This document shows positions 1-11,105 of a DNA stretch of 64,000 nt, one piece after another. Source of the stretch: Mobula hypostoma (Eukaryota); NCBI RefSeq assembly GCF_963921235.1, contig NC_086098.1, forward strand, positions 3,100,001 through 3,164,000, written 5' to 3'. The notes below the pieces were generated by a model. The model had not been told where the DNA came from. It was given only the letters and a program-made list of their open reading frames with translations, and ran no database searches. The position numbers and the translations under genes were made by a program. Position 1 is the first letter of the stretch, and each line of letters starts with the position of its first letter.

Positions 1-42
1 GGGACAGATAAGAGGTTCTGTGGGAGAGATCAAGAATCCCGG

Positions 43-484
43 ATGGTCTGTTGCCTCCCTGGTGCCAGGATCCACGATATCTCGGATCAAATCCTCGGTA
101 TTCTCAGGAGGGAGGGTGAGCAGCCAGACGTCGTGGTCCATGTAGGGACCAATGACGTGTATAGGAAGGAGGAGGAAGTCCTGCAAAGAGAGTTTAGGGA
201 GTTAGGTGCAAAGTTGAAGGACAGGACCGCTAGGGTTGCAATCTCAGGATTGCTACCCATGCCACGTGTTAGTGAGGCCAGAAATAGGAAGATAATGCAG
301 CTAAATACGTGGCTAAGGAGTTGGTGCAGGAGGGAGGGCTTCATGTTTCTGAACAATTGGGCTTTGTTCCGGGAAGGTGGAACTTGTTCCAATGGGATGG
401 TTTGCACCTGAACTGGAGGGGGACAAACATCCTTGCAGGTAGATTTGTTAATGCTGCTCTGGGGGGAGGGGGGTGGCATTTAAA
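43..484 (+). pseudogene. CR1 ORF1 SGNH/GDSL esterase domain remnant
   Basis: HVGTND block, ISGLLP, LNTWLRSWCRREGF; DGLHLN motif continues in a shifted frame. Confidence 0.85.
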
Positions 485-3013
485 CTAGATTTGCAGGGGG
501 AGAGGAACCAGAGTGTTAGAGCAGATAGTGAAGTGGAGGAGGATAAAGGTCATGCGAGGACTGCATGTATAGACAGAAATCAAAGGTTTGTACGTGATAG
601 AAATGTTCTCCGGTGCATCTACTTCAATGCAAGGAGTATTGTAGTTAAGGCAGATGAGTTTAGGGCATGGGATTATGACATTATTGCTATGAATGAGACT
701 TGGTTGCAGGAGGGGCAGGACTGGCAGCTTAATGTTCCAGGGTTCCGTTGTTTCAGACGTGATAGAGTGGGAGGGATGAAAGGGGGAGGAGTGGCATTAC
801 TAGTCAGGGAGAATATCACAGCTATGCGTAGACAGGGCAGCCCAGAGGGCATATGGGTGGAGCTGAGGAATGGGAAAGGTGTGACCACACTAATAGGGTT
901 GTATTATAGACCACCCAATAGTCAGAGAGAATTGGAGGAGCAAATCTGTAGAGAGATAGCAGACCGATGTAAGAAACAGAAAGTTGTAATAGTAGGGGAT
1001 TTTAACTTTCCACATTGACTGGGACTGCCACACTGTGAAAGGGCTGGATGGCTTGGAGTTTGTCAAATATGTTCAGGAAAGTTTTCTAAGTCAATATATA
1101 GAGGTACCTACAAGAGAGGGTGCAATACTTGATCTCCTCTTAGGGAACCAGACAGGTCAGGTGATGGAAGTATGTGTAGGTGAACATTTTGGGTCCAGTG
1201 ACCATAATGTCATTAGTTTCAAGTTAATTATGGATAGATCTGGTCCTCGAGTTGAGGTTCTAAATTGGAGAAGGGCCAATTTTGTGGAAATGAGAAAAGA
1301 TCTAGGAAGAGTGGATTGGGATAAGTTGTTTTCTGGCAAGGATGTGTTCAGTATGTGGAAGGCCTTCAAAGGCAAAATTTTGAGAGTGCAGAGTTTGCAT
1401 GTCCCTGCCAGGATTAAAGGTAAAGTTAACAGGCATAGGGAACTTTGGTTTTCAAGGGATGCTGGCGATCTGGTTAAGAAAAAGAGAGAGGTGTATAGCA
1501 GGTGTAGGCAACAAGGAACAAATGAGGTACTTGAAGCGTATAGAAAATGAAAGAAAATACTAAAGAAGGAAATCAGGAAGGCAAAAAAAAGACATGAGGT
1601 TGCTTTGGCAGATAATGTGAAGGTAAACCCAAAGGGTTTCTACAAGTATATTAAGAGTAAAAGGATAGTAAGGGACAAAATTGGTCCCCTAAAAGATCAG
1701 AGTGGTCGTCTATGTATGGAGCCTCATGAGATGGGGGAGATCTTAAACAGTTTTTTTGCATCAATATTTAGTCAGGAAACTGGCATATTGTATATAGAAG
1801 GAAGGGAAACAAGCTTCCATATGTTTAATCTCTATATGTTCCAGTTGTCATGGAACATATAGAGATTAAAGCGGAGGAGGTGCTTGCTGCCTTACAGCGA
1901 ATAAAGGTAGATAAATCCCCCGGGCCTGACATGATATTTCCTCGGACCTTGAGAGAGACTAGTGTAGAAATTGCAAGGGCCCTGGCAGAATTATTTAAAA
2001 TGTCCTTAGCCACGGTTGTGGTGCTGGAGGAATGGGGGTTAGGTCATGTTGTTCCGTTGTTTAAAAAAGGCTCCAAAGGTAAACCAGGTAATTACAGGCC
2101 GGTGAGCCTGACATCAATAATAGGTAAATTATTGGAAGATGTTCTGAGAGATCGGATGTACAAGTATTTGGACAGCCAAGGGCTGATTAAGGATAGTCAG
2201 CATGGCTTTGTGCGTGGTAGATCGTGTTTAATGAATCTTGTAGAGTTTTTCGAGGAGGTTACCAATAAAATAGATGAAGGAAAGACTGTAGATGTTGTCT
2301 ACATGGACTTTAGCAGGGCCTTTGACAAGGTCCCACGAAAGGTCAGTTCAGAAGGTTCAGACACTAGGTATGCATGGAGAGGTTGTAAACTGAGTTCGAA
2401 ATTGGCTGTCTGGGAGAAGACAGAGAGTGGTAGTGGATGATTGCTTCTCAGACTGGAGGCCTGTGACTAGTGGTGTGCCTCAGGGATCTGTGCTGGGACC
2501 ATTGTTGTCTGTTGTCTATATCAATGATCTAGATGATAATGTGGTAAAATGGATCAGCAAGTTTGCTGATGACACTAAGATTGGAGGTATTGTGGACAGC
2601 GAGGAAGGCTTTCAAAGCTTGCAGAGGGATCTGGACCAACTGGAAAAATGGGCCAGAAAATGGCAGATGGAATTTAATGCAGACAAGTGTGAGGTGTTGC
2701 ATTTTGAAAGGACAAATCAGGGTGGATCATACACAGTAGGTGTAGGGCACAGAGGAGTGCGGAGGAACAAAGAGATCTGGGGGTTCAGGTACATAATTCC
2801 CTGAAAGTGGCATCACAGGTGGACAGGGTGGTAAAGAAGGCTTTTGGCATCCTGGTATTCAGTATTGAGTATAGGAGTTGGGATGTTATGGGGAGGTTGT
2901 ATAAGACATTGGTGAGGCCAAATTTGGAGTATTGTGTGCAATTCTGGTCATCTAACTATAAGAAGGATATCAGTAAGATTGAAAGAGTGCAGAGAAAATT
3001 TACTAGGATGTTG

Positions 3014-4265
3014 GCTTTGTGAAGGGCAGATCATGTCTAACAAGCCTGATAGAGTTCTTTGAGGAGGTGACCAGGCATATAGATGAGGGTAGTGCAGTGG
3101 ATGTGATCTATATGGATTTTAGTAAGGCATTTGACAAGGTTCCACACGGTAGGCTTATTCAGAAAGTTAGAAGGCATGGGATCCAGGGAAGTTTGGCCAG
3201 GTGGATTCAGAATTGGCTTGCCTGCAGAAGGCAGAGGGTGGTGGTGGAGGGAGTACATTCAGGTTGGAGGATTGTGACTAGTGGTGTCCCACAAGGATCT
3301 GTTCTGGGACCTCTACTTTTCATGATTTTTATTAACGACCTGGATGTTGGGGTAGAAGGGTGGGTTGGCAAGTTTGCAGACGACACACAGGTTGGTGGTG
3401 TTGTAGATAGTGTAGAGGATTGTCAAAGATTGCAGAGAGACATTGATAGGATGCAGAAGTATGCTGAGAAGTGGCAGATGGAGTTCAACCCGGAGAAGTG
3501 TGAGGTGGTACACTTTGGAAGGACAAACTCCAAGGCAGAGTATAAAGTAAATGGCAGGATACTTGGTAGTGTGGAGGAGCAGAGGGATCTCGGGGTACAT
3601 GTCCACAGATTCCTGAAAGTTGCCTCACAGGTGGATAGGGTAGTTAAGAAAGCTTATGGGGTGTTAGCTTTCATAAGTCGAGGGATAGAGTTTAAGAGTC
3701 ACGATGTAATGATTCAGCTCTATAAAACTCTGGTTAGGCCACACATGGAGTATTATGTCCAGTTCTGGTCACCTCACTATAGGAAGGATGTGGAAGCATT
3801 GGAAAGGGTACAGAGGAGATTTACCAGGATGCTGCCTGGTTTAGAAAGTATGCATTATGATCAGAGATTAAGGGAGCTAGGGCTTTACTCTTTGGAGAGA
3901 AGAAGGATGAGAGGAGACATGATAGAGGTGTACAAGATAATAAGAGGAATAGATAGAGTGGATAGCCAGCGCCTCTTCCCCAGGGCACCACTGCTCAATA
4001 CAAGAGGACATGGCTTTAAGGTAAGGCGTGGGAAGTTCAAGGGGGATACTAAAGGAAGGTTTTTTACTCAGAGTGGTTGGTATGTGGAATGCACTGCCTG
4101 AGTCAGTGGTGGAGGCAGATACACTAGTGAAGTTTAAGAGACTACTAGACAGGTATATGGAGGAATCTAAGGTGGGGGCTTATGGGGAGGCAGGGTTTGA
4201 CGGTCGGCACAACATTGTGGGCCGAAGGGCCTGTACTGTGCTGTACTATTCTATGTTCTATGTTC
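3014..4265 (+). mobile_element. 5'-truncated CR1 nested in the preceding CR1; carries an open 360-aa RT/C-terminal frame (3019-4101)
   Basis: RT restarts at GFVKGRSCLT right after host FTRML; own (TTCTATG)n tail; host resumes at QELSYRERL. Confidence 0.92.
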
Positions 4266-4879
4266 AGGAGTTGAGTTACAGGGAAAGATTGAACAGGTTA
4301 GGACTTTATTCCTTGGTGCGTAGAAGAATGAGGGGGGATTTGATAGAGGTTTACAAAATTATGAGGGGTATAAACAGATTAAATGAAAGTAGGCTCTTTC
4401 CACTTAGATTGGGAGAGATAAATACGAGAGAACATGTCTTTAAGGTGAAAGGGAAAAGGTTTAGGGGGAACTTCTTCACTCAGAAAGTGGTGGAAGTGTG
4501 GAACAGCTGTCATCTGACATGGTAAATGCGGGCTCACTCTTAAGTTTTAAGAATAAATTGGATAGATACATAGATGGGAGAGGTCTGGAAGGTTATGGAC
4601 TGGATGCAGGTCAATGGGACTAGCGGAATAAAGTTTCGGCACAGAGTAGAAGGGCCAAATGGCCTGCTTTCTGTGCTGTAGTGTTCTATGGTTCTATGGT
4701 TCTTCTCCAATGCTAGCTCATCTTTTCTTCATTAAGAGGCCCAAAACTGCTCCACCTCCTCCTGTGCTTGCCCGATTCTGTTCTCGCCCAAAACCTGCTG
4801 AGCCGGCCGACTAGTGCAACACCACCCCACTCACACAATGGCCGCTCCAGCAATGGACATACCTCCTTGGATAATCACC

Positions 4880-5036
4880 CAAGTTGTTGGTGGTCTTTCA
4901 TTGATTATATTATATGTATTATTCTGTTATGGATTCATTGTGTGTGCCCATAAAAATGAATCTCAGGGTTCTGTATGGTGACATCCATGTACCTTAATAA
5001 ATATTTTAATAATAATAAATTTACTTAAACTTTGGA
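4880..5036 (+). mobile_element. 3' UTR/tail fragment of a Rex1/Babar-like LINE
   Basis: AATGAATCTCAGGGTT..ATGGTGACAT..ATAAATTTACTT; the same tail follows the Rex-type ORF end at 62130-62195 and recurs near 29190-29255. Confidence 0.6.
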
Positions 5037-5081
5037 CTCTGGTAATATAACAATTTTTTTCACTGAACCCATCAAGTTCAA

Positions 5082-5418
5082 CAGGTGTAAGGCGCTCCTT
5101 CCCTTCGCTAGCCTGCAGGCACCTTTGGGCAAGGTGTAGCATCTGCTCAGCCCACCGATCAGGGTCACGTGAAGCCATAGGAGCAGGCGGCGGATGGTCG
5201 TATGAACAGCTGGTGTATAGCACAAGTCCTGGTTATGTGACCCCTGATGCCAGGCAGACAATCTCTGAAGAGTATTGATAATGGCTGGGGTCACCTGTCT
5301 TGTAAACTCACTGCCCAGAAGAAGGCAATGGCAAAGCACTTCTGCGGAACAATTTGCCAAAGGTAATCATGGTCATGGAAAGACCAGGATCACTCACATC
5401 ATACAAGACTGCATATAA
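5082..5418 (+). mobile_element. Short RTE-like non-autonomous retroelement, family A
   Basis: About 340-bp non-coding unit repeated at 9862, 21541, 37770 and 37878; contains GAAGGCAATGGCAAA(C)CACTTC, which resembles the Bov-A/RTE motif. Confidence 0.7.
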
Positions 5419-5791
5419 AAATTGTGTTCAAAAGGGATGTGAATACACATACATGCTAGACTATGGTTCCAGGTGCAAACCTCCTCAAGGCATGTAGACC
5501 CCAACCCCAGCCCCAACTCAAATCCAGAATAATGAACAAACAGTAGTCAGATTATCGGTAACTCTGAGCAGTTGGATATTGATTCTCGCGTGCCCCTCCC
5601 CCCCCGCGATCCAATTTCTAAGGGCCATTGACCCCATGAACACCACCTCACTGCTTTTTAATTCTGCTTTTTTGCACTACATATTTTAACTCAACTATTT
5701 AATAGTCCTACTGTAATCCATTTTTTCTCTATATTTATTCATCCTGCATTGTTTTGTCCTGCTGCTATAAAATTAACGAAATTCACAGCAT

Positions 5792-6105
5792 CCTACGTAC
5801 GATCTGTGGCTGAGAGAACTGGCAAATACTTTACATTTGGAGAGACTGAGACTGTAATGAGGACAGAGGGGACATCTTTGAAAGGACATGGGGCCCTGTA
5901 TTGGACTTTCTCACGGGGTAAGGACTGAGGGTCTTTGGCGCAGTGCACCTCTGCTGTGTATGTTTACTTTTGCCTTTATATTTTTCTCCATTTTGCTGCT
6001 CAATATTTAATTTGATTTTGTTATGGTTGTGGTTTTTGTGGATGTGTTGTTTTTTTGTGTTTGTTTTTGTTTGTAATAAATAAAAATAAAAATAAATAAT
6101 TAAAA
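5792..6105 (+). mobile_element. L1-clade 3' fragment with A-rich tail
   Basis: WLRELANTLHL..FERTWGPVLDFL* ORF2 end, A-rich tail, 13-bp TSD AAATTCAC(A/G-variant)CAT at 5779-5791 and 6106-6118. Confidence 0.75.
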
Positions 6106-6327
6106 AAATTCACAACATACACCTGTGATACTGAACCTGATTGTGATTGTGATTGTGATTCTGACTGCACCTGTGGAGCCCCTAGCCTTCGTTCATTCCT
6201 GGACGGAGGAAGCCAAATGTTACCTTTACACAACTGAACCATTCTCATTCCCACCCTCCATTAGTCCAATACAATCTTCCTTCATCCTTCTTTATTCTGT
6301 CAATCCATCACAGATCTGTTCTTTCAA

Positions 6328-6845
6328 AATTCAGGTTGTTTAATGTCAGTTCCAGTACACAGGTGTAAAAGAACAAAATAATTGCTACTCCGATTCCAAT
6401 TCAGCAGGAAAAAAACACCATAAGATAAAGAACACAATAAATAATAAAAAAACACACTAAGTATACTGTAAATACAGAAGGTAGCTTACCTACATCAATT
6501 ATTTGTATGTCGATAAAGTGATGCTAGGCACAGGAGTGTCTGTACATAAGGTGACTTTGACGGGATATAATATAGTGGTGTTTGGGGGTGTGGAAGGGTG
6601 GGTTCGTGGGTGGGGATATTGATTAGCCTTACTGCTTTGAGAAAGTAACTGTTTATGAGTTTGGTGGTCCTTGTGGGGATGCTGCGTAGCTTCCTCCCTG
6701 ATGGGTGTGGGACAGACAGTTCATGAGCAGGATGGGTGGGATCCTTCATGATGTTACTGGCCCTTTCCTGGGACCTTTCTGTATATATGTCCTTAATTGC
6801 AGGTAGGCTGGTGTCAGTGATGTGTTGGGCCATTGTAGAGCCTGT
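6328..6845 (-). mobile_element. Rex1/Babar-like LINE 3' fragment
   Basis: ORF 6495-6833: AQHIT..LP.I.DIY..IMKDPTHPAH..PSGRKLRS..TT....SYF..AVRLIN, plus 3' UTR. Confidence 0.8.
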
Positions 6846-6989
6846 ACTTCCTCTCTCCTCTTCGATTCTTCACTGTTAAAATTAGGACAACCTTGCATCT
6901 TCCCTCATTCGCTTCTCTCTCCTAGCTGGAAGTCCTCAGATCTAAGTTCATCCAATCATCCTGCCTAATGTCTTAGCCAATACAATATA

Positions 6990-7470
6990 CCATAAGACCA
7001 TAAAACATAGGAGCAGAAATAGGACATTCAGCTCATTAAATCTGCTCCACCATTCCATTATGGCTGATTTATTATCCCTCTCACCCCCATTCTCCTGCCT
7101 TTGCCCTATATCCTTTGACACCCTAATCAAGAACTTGACAACCTTCTCTTTAAATATACCTAATAACTTAGCTTCCACAGCCATCTGTGGAATCTGTGGA
7201 TTCACCACCATCTGTCTAAAAAGTTCCTCCTTATCTCCATTCTAAAGGGATGTTTTTATATTCTGAGGCTGTGCCCTCTGATCCTAAAATCTCCCACAAC
7301 TGGAAACATCCTCTCCACGTTCACTCAACATAGGCCTCTCAATAATTGGGAGGTATCAGTGACGTACCGCCTCATTTCTCTCAATTCCAGTGAGTACTGG
7401 ACCCAAAGTCAGCAAATGTTCCGTATACATTAACCATTTCATTCCCAGGATCATTCTTGTGAACCTCCTT
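6990..7470 (-). mobile_element. CR1 3' fragment
   Basis: Decayed ORF2 C-terminus and (TATGGTCT)-type tail. Confidence 0.85.
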
Positions 7471-7489
7471 CTCTTGTTTGTGTTTGGTT

Positions 7490-7850
7490 TACCAGGATGC
7501 AGCATGGTTTAGAAAGCATGTGCAACATGAGAGGCTGGATAAAGTTGAGTTATTTGATGCAGCAGAGGCTGAGGGGAGATCTGATAGAGGTTTATAAGAT
7601 TGTGAGAGGCATAGATAGAGTGGACAGTGAGTATCTGTTTCCCAGGGTTGAAATGTCTAATACCAAGGGGCATGAATTGAAGGTGAAAGCAGTAGCTTCA
7701 AGGATGATTAGAGGAGTACGTTTTTTACTCAGGGAGTGGTGGATGCTTGGAATGCACTGCATTCCAAGGTATGGTGGTGGAGGCAAATACATTAGAGACT
7801 TTTAAGAGACATTTGGATAGGCAGACGAATATAAGGAAGATGGAGGGATA
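7490..7850 (+). mobile_element. CR1 3' fragment
   Basis: RLRGDLIEVYKIVRGIDRVD..LFP. Confidence 0.85.
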
Positions 7851-7978
7851 TACATCTGGGATATGTAGCACTAGCGATCACCAATTAGGCTTCAATTCCT
7901 GCCACTGTTTGTACATTCTCTGCGTTACCGCATACATTTCCTCAGTATTCTCCTGTTTCCGCCCAAGGTACAAAGACG

Positions 7979-8086
7979 CATGGGTTATAGTTAGTAAGCA
8001 TGGGTTATAGTTAGTAAGCATGGGTTATAGTCAGTAAGTTGTGGGTTATAGTTAGTAAGCATGGGTTATAGTTAGTAAGTTGTGGG
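7979..8086 (+). repeat. 20-21-bp tandem repeat (about 5 units) inside a V-SINE remnant
   Basis: (TGGGTTATAGTTAGTAAGCA/TTG)n. Confidence 0.9.
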
Positions 8087-8999
8087 TATGATATGCTGGG
8101 GCATGAGGGAACCTCAGTGAAACCTATCAAGTGTTGGAAAGCCTCAACAGAGTGGATGTGGAGAGGATGTTTCCTATAGTGGTAAGTCCAAAACCACAGT
8201 ACACAGACTGAGAATAGTGGAGCGTACATTTAGAATGGAGATGAGGAGGAATTTCTTTAGCCAAAGAGTGGTACATCTGTGGAATTCGTTGCCACAGGTG
8301 GCTGTGGAGGCCAAGTGTTGTTCTATGATGGTCTCGCTCAGCCAGCAGCTGCCCCCCCCCCCCCCCATCGATGTCTGGTTAGTGAAATGACAAGCATGAT
8401 TGCCAGGAACTGTACCAACAAATGCAGGTCATATTGCTCAGGGTTTTGGACTATATACGCGTCTTTTTAGTGTGACTATGTCCTTTTCCCACTGTTTTGA
8501 ATATGCTGTGGATCTTGTGCACCATGGCCCCAGGGGAACGCTGTCTCATTCGGCTGTATCCAGGTATGGTTGAATGATAATTAAACTTAATTTGATTTTA
8601 TTTTGATTGAGGTTCCCAAAACTAAACAATCCTCTTTTGTTATTCTTCGAATAGTACAAATGTAAATGATCAAAACAAATAGAATACCTTGAGTTCTTAA
8701 GCATTCTTAGTACTGAAAAAACAAATGATACAAAATATCTCCCCCCAAAAAAGAAAAAAGGTGACAAATTGACAGAGTTTGACAAAAGATAATTCAAAGA
8801 GACAGGGGCTATGGAGAATATAGCACTGAAGAAAATACATTAAATCTCATTTCTTTTACAGTACAATGGTTAACGTTTGTTATTTAAATAGTCTTTAAAC
8901 TTGGCTAATTCATCCTACTTAAAACTATTCATGTAACATTGAGTCAGCACCACAGTTGAGAGGACAGAGTCAGAGGAACAACATTGCAAAAATATTTAG

Positions 9000-9350
9000 A
9001 CCATAAAACCATAGGATATAGAAGGAGAATTTGCCTATTTGGCCCATCAAGTCTGCTCTGTCATTTCATCATGGCTGATCCATTTTTTCCCTCAGCCCCA
9101 ATCTCAAGCCTTCCTCCCGTAGTCCCTTCAAGCCTTGTCCAATCAAGGATCTATCAACCTCTGCCTTAAATATACATAATGACTTGGTCTCCAGAGCTGC
9201 CTGTGGCAATGAATTCCACAGATTCATCACTCATTGGCTAAAAAAATTCCTCCTCCTAAATTCTAAAAGGACACCCCTCTATTCTGAAGCTGTGTCCTCT
9301 GGTCTTAGACTCTCCCACCATAGGAAACATCCTCTCCATATCCACTTTTT
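9000..9350 (-). mobile_element. CR1 3' fragment
   Basis: Reverse complement of RRNFFSQ.V.NLWN and CR1 3' UTR. Confidence 0.8.
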
Positions 9351-9611
9351 CAAGACACAACATCATGGGCCAGAGGGCTGTACTGTGCAGCAATGTTCTA
9401 TTTGTAAATTCTATGTTATCAGGCAAATATTAAAGAAATTAAATATTTTGTGTTTTTTCTTCAAAGAGTAAGACAGAGACTACACTCCATCATCACCACC
9501 ACCTGAAGTGAATGAGAAGCAAAATGGAGTGTGGAACATTAGTAGAAATATATTTAAAAAATAAAAAAAAGATTAGTCAAAAAAGCAATAAATCCCAAGA
9601 ACTACTACTAA

Positions 9612-9852
9612 TCTTCTTAAGTCATCACTCCTACCAGGGCAGAGGCCACTGACAGCAGCCCGCCGGAATCATCCACCTTCACTCATCCCCCGAGCACTTT
9701 CAGCTGTACAGCATTGTCTTGGTGCATCCTTGCTCTCACAGGTGTTGGCCTTTTTGTAGCACTGGGTTTTTAGGGGATGGGTTTGTTAGCCCCATGTAAA
9801 ACATTGCTTCCTTTCAAAGCTGGTCTTGGGACCATCCTTGGCAGGTAAGTTC
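9612..9852 (-). mobile_element. Short RTE-like non-autonomous element, family B
   Basis: Shares CCCATCCCCTAAAAACCCAG and the 3' TGATG..CTT.AGAAG end with the 25214-26200 copy. Confidence 0.6.
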
Positions 9853-9861
9853 CCAGGACAG

Positions 9862-10042
9862 TTCGTTATGTGTTGTGTCGCATGATGTTGGTGATCATGG
9901 TCTTTCCATGACCATGATTACTCTTGGCAAGTTTTTCTACAGCAGTGGTTTGCCATTGCCTTCTTCTGGGCAGTGTCTTTACTAGATTGGTGACCTCAGA
10001 TTGTCTGCCTGGCATCAGTGGTCACATAACCAGAACTTGTGA
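9862..10042 (-). mobile_element. Family A RTE-like element, 3' part
   Basis: Reverse complement of the 3' half of 5082-5418. Confidence 0.75.
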
Positions 10043-10637
10043 AGGAAACAAGAGTTAGGACATAGGAATTCCAATAGAACATCGGCAGCTCAACCAAGCG
10101 ACACCACAAGACAAATCTTTCTCAAAGTAAGGACACCGCAATAAGCACCAGTCAGGAGTCCACTTTAAGTGATCACAATATGTGGAAAATCAGTCAAAAT
10201 AAGCTTGGCAAGATTAAACAGAAAGCACAAGGGTTTAATTACTCTAATAAAGACAACATTTACAAATACTGGTGCTCTAGAAACCTCGTAGCTCAACCCT
10301 CTATGGCTCACCACACAGGCTTGTTGGACTCATTTCATGTGATGTCTTTGGACCTTCAGAAATCTTTAACAATGCACCATTCAGTGTTATGAAATAAAAT
10401 TAGTCTCCTAACTATTAGGGGTAGAACACTAATGGGGATTGAGGATTAGTTTGGCAGAGAGAAAATAGAGCAGATATTATGATAGAATATAATTATAACA
10501 TTATGGAAAATAAGTCGTTTTTGGGTCAGGAGTCTGTGGCTCATGGGATACCGTGAGTATTAGTCCGAGGTCTCAGCTGCTCACAACGTATAATCAATGG
10601 TTTATAACTGTTTGATGAAAAGCTGGGTGTCAGTACA

Positions 10638-10910
10638 GACTCTGGGGAGTGTAGAGAGTCTGTGGGGAGAGAAGAGAGTCTGTGGAGAGAGTAGAGTGTC
10701 TGAGGGAGTGTAGGGTGTCTGAGGGAATGTAGAAAGTCTGAGGGAGTGCGGAGTGTCTGAGGGAGTGCAGAGAGTCTGAGGGAGTGCAGAGAGTCTGAGG
10801 GAGTGTAGAGTGTCTGAGGGAGTGTAGAGAGTCTGAGGGAGTGTAGAGAGTTTGTGGAGAGTGTAGAGTGTCTGTGGGGAGGGTGGAAACTCTGTAGGGA
10901 GTGTAGAGAG
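10638..10910 (+). repeat. Purine-rich 18-20-bp minisatellite
   Basis: (GAGGGAGTGTAGAGAGTCT)-like unit, about 13-14 copies. Confidence 0.9.
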
Positions 10911-11105
10911 GCTATGGGGAAGAGGGAAAGGGAGAAAGGATATGTGATTGGACAGCAAACACCCAGGATATGCCCTCTTCTCAAAGGTACCATGTGAATA
11001 CAGGAGGTGCAGGAGCCTAAAGACACACACTCAATGATTCACAAACAGCTTCTTTCCCTCTGCCATCAGATTTCTGAATGGACATTGAACCCATGAATAT
11101 GACCT

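Larger units (their letters stand above)
1..4703 (+). mobile_element. CR1-clade LINE, near full length (5' end runs off window), decayed, interrupted by a second CR1
   Basis: ORF1 SGNH-esterase (CLPGARI, VVVHVGTND) then APE (YFNARS, ETWL, YYRPPN, VGDFN, SDH), RT (KSPGPD, NYRPVSL, VYMDFSRAFD, GVPQGS, FADD) in frameshifted pieces; ends in (TTCTATGG)n tail. Confidence 0.95.

Noticed and set aside
3019..4101. RT ORFs as a retron, DGR or other novel RT system, or as a domesticated gene
   Set aside because: Ordinary truncated CR1 ORF2 pieces with LINE tails.
7979..8086. Short direct repeats resembling an array
   Set aside because: Tandem slippage inside a SINE, no spacers.
10541..11030. Repetitive 142-161-aa ORFs and a possible CRISPR-like array
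   Set aside because: Head-to-tail minisatellite with no unique spacers; eukaryotic context and no cas genes.
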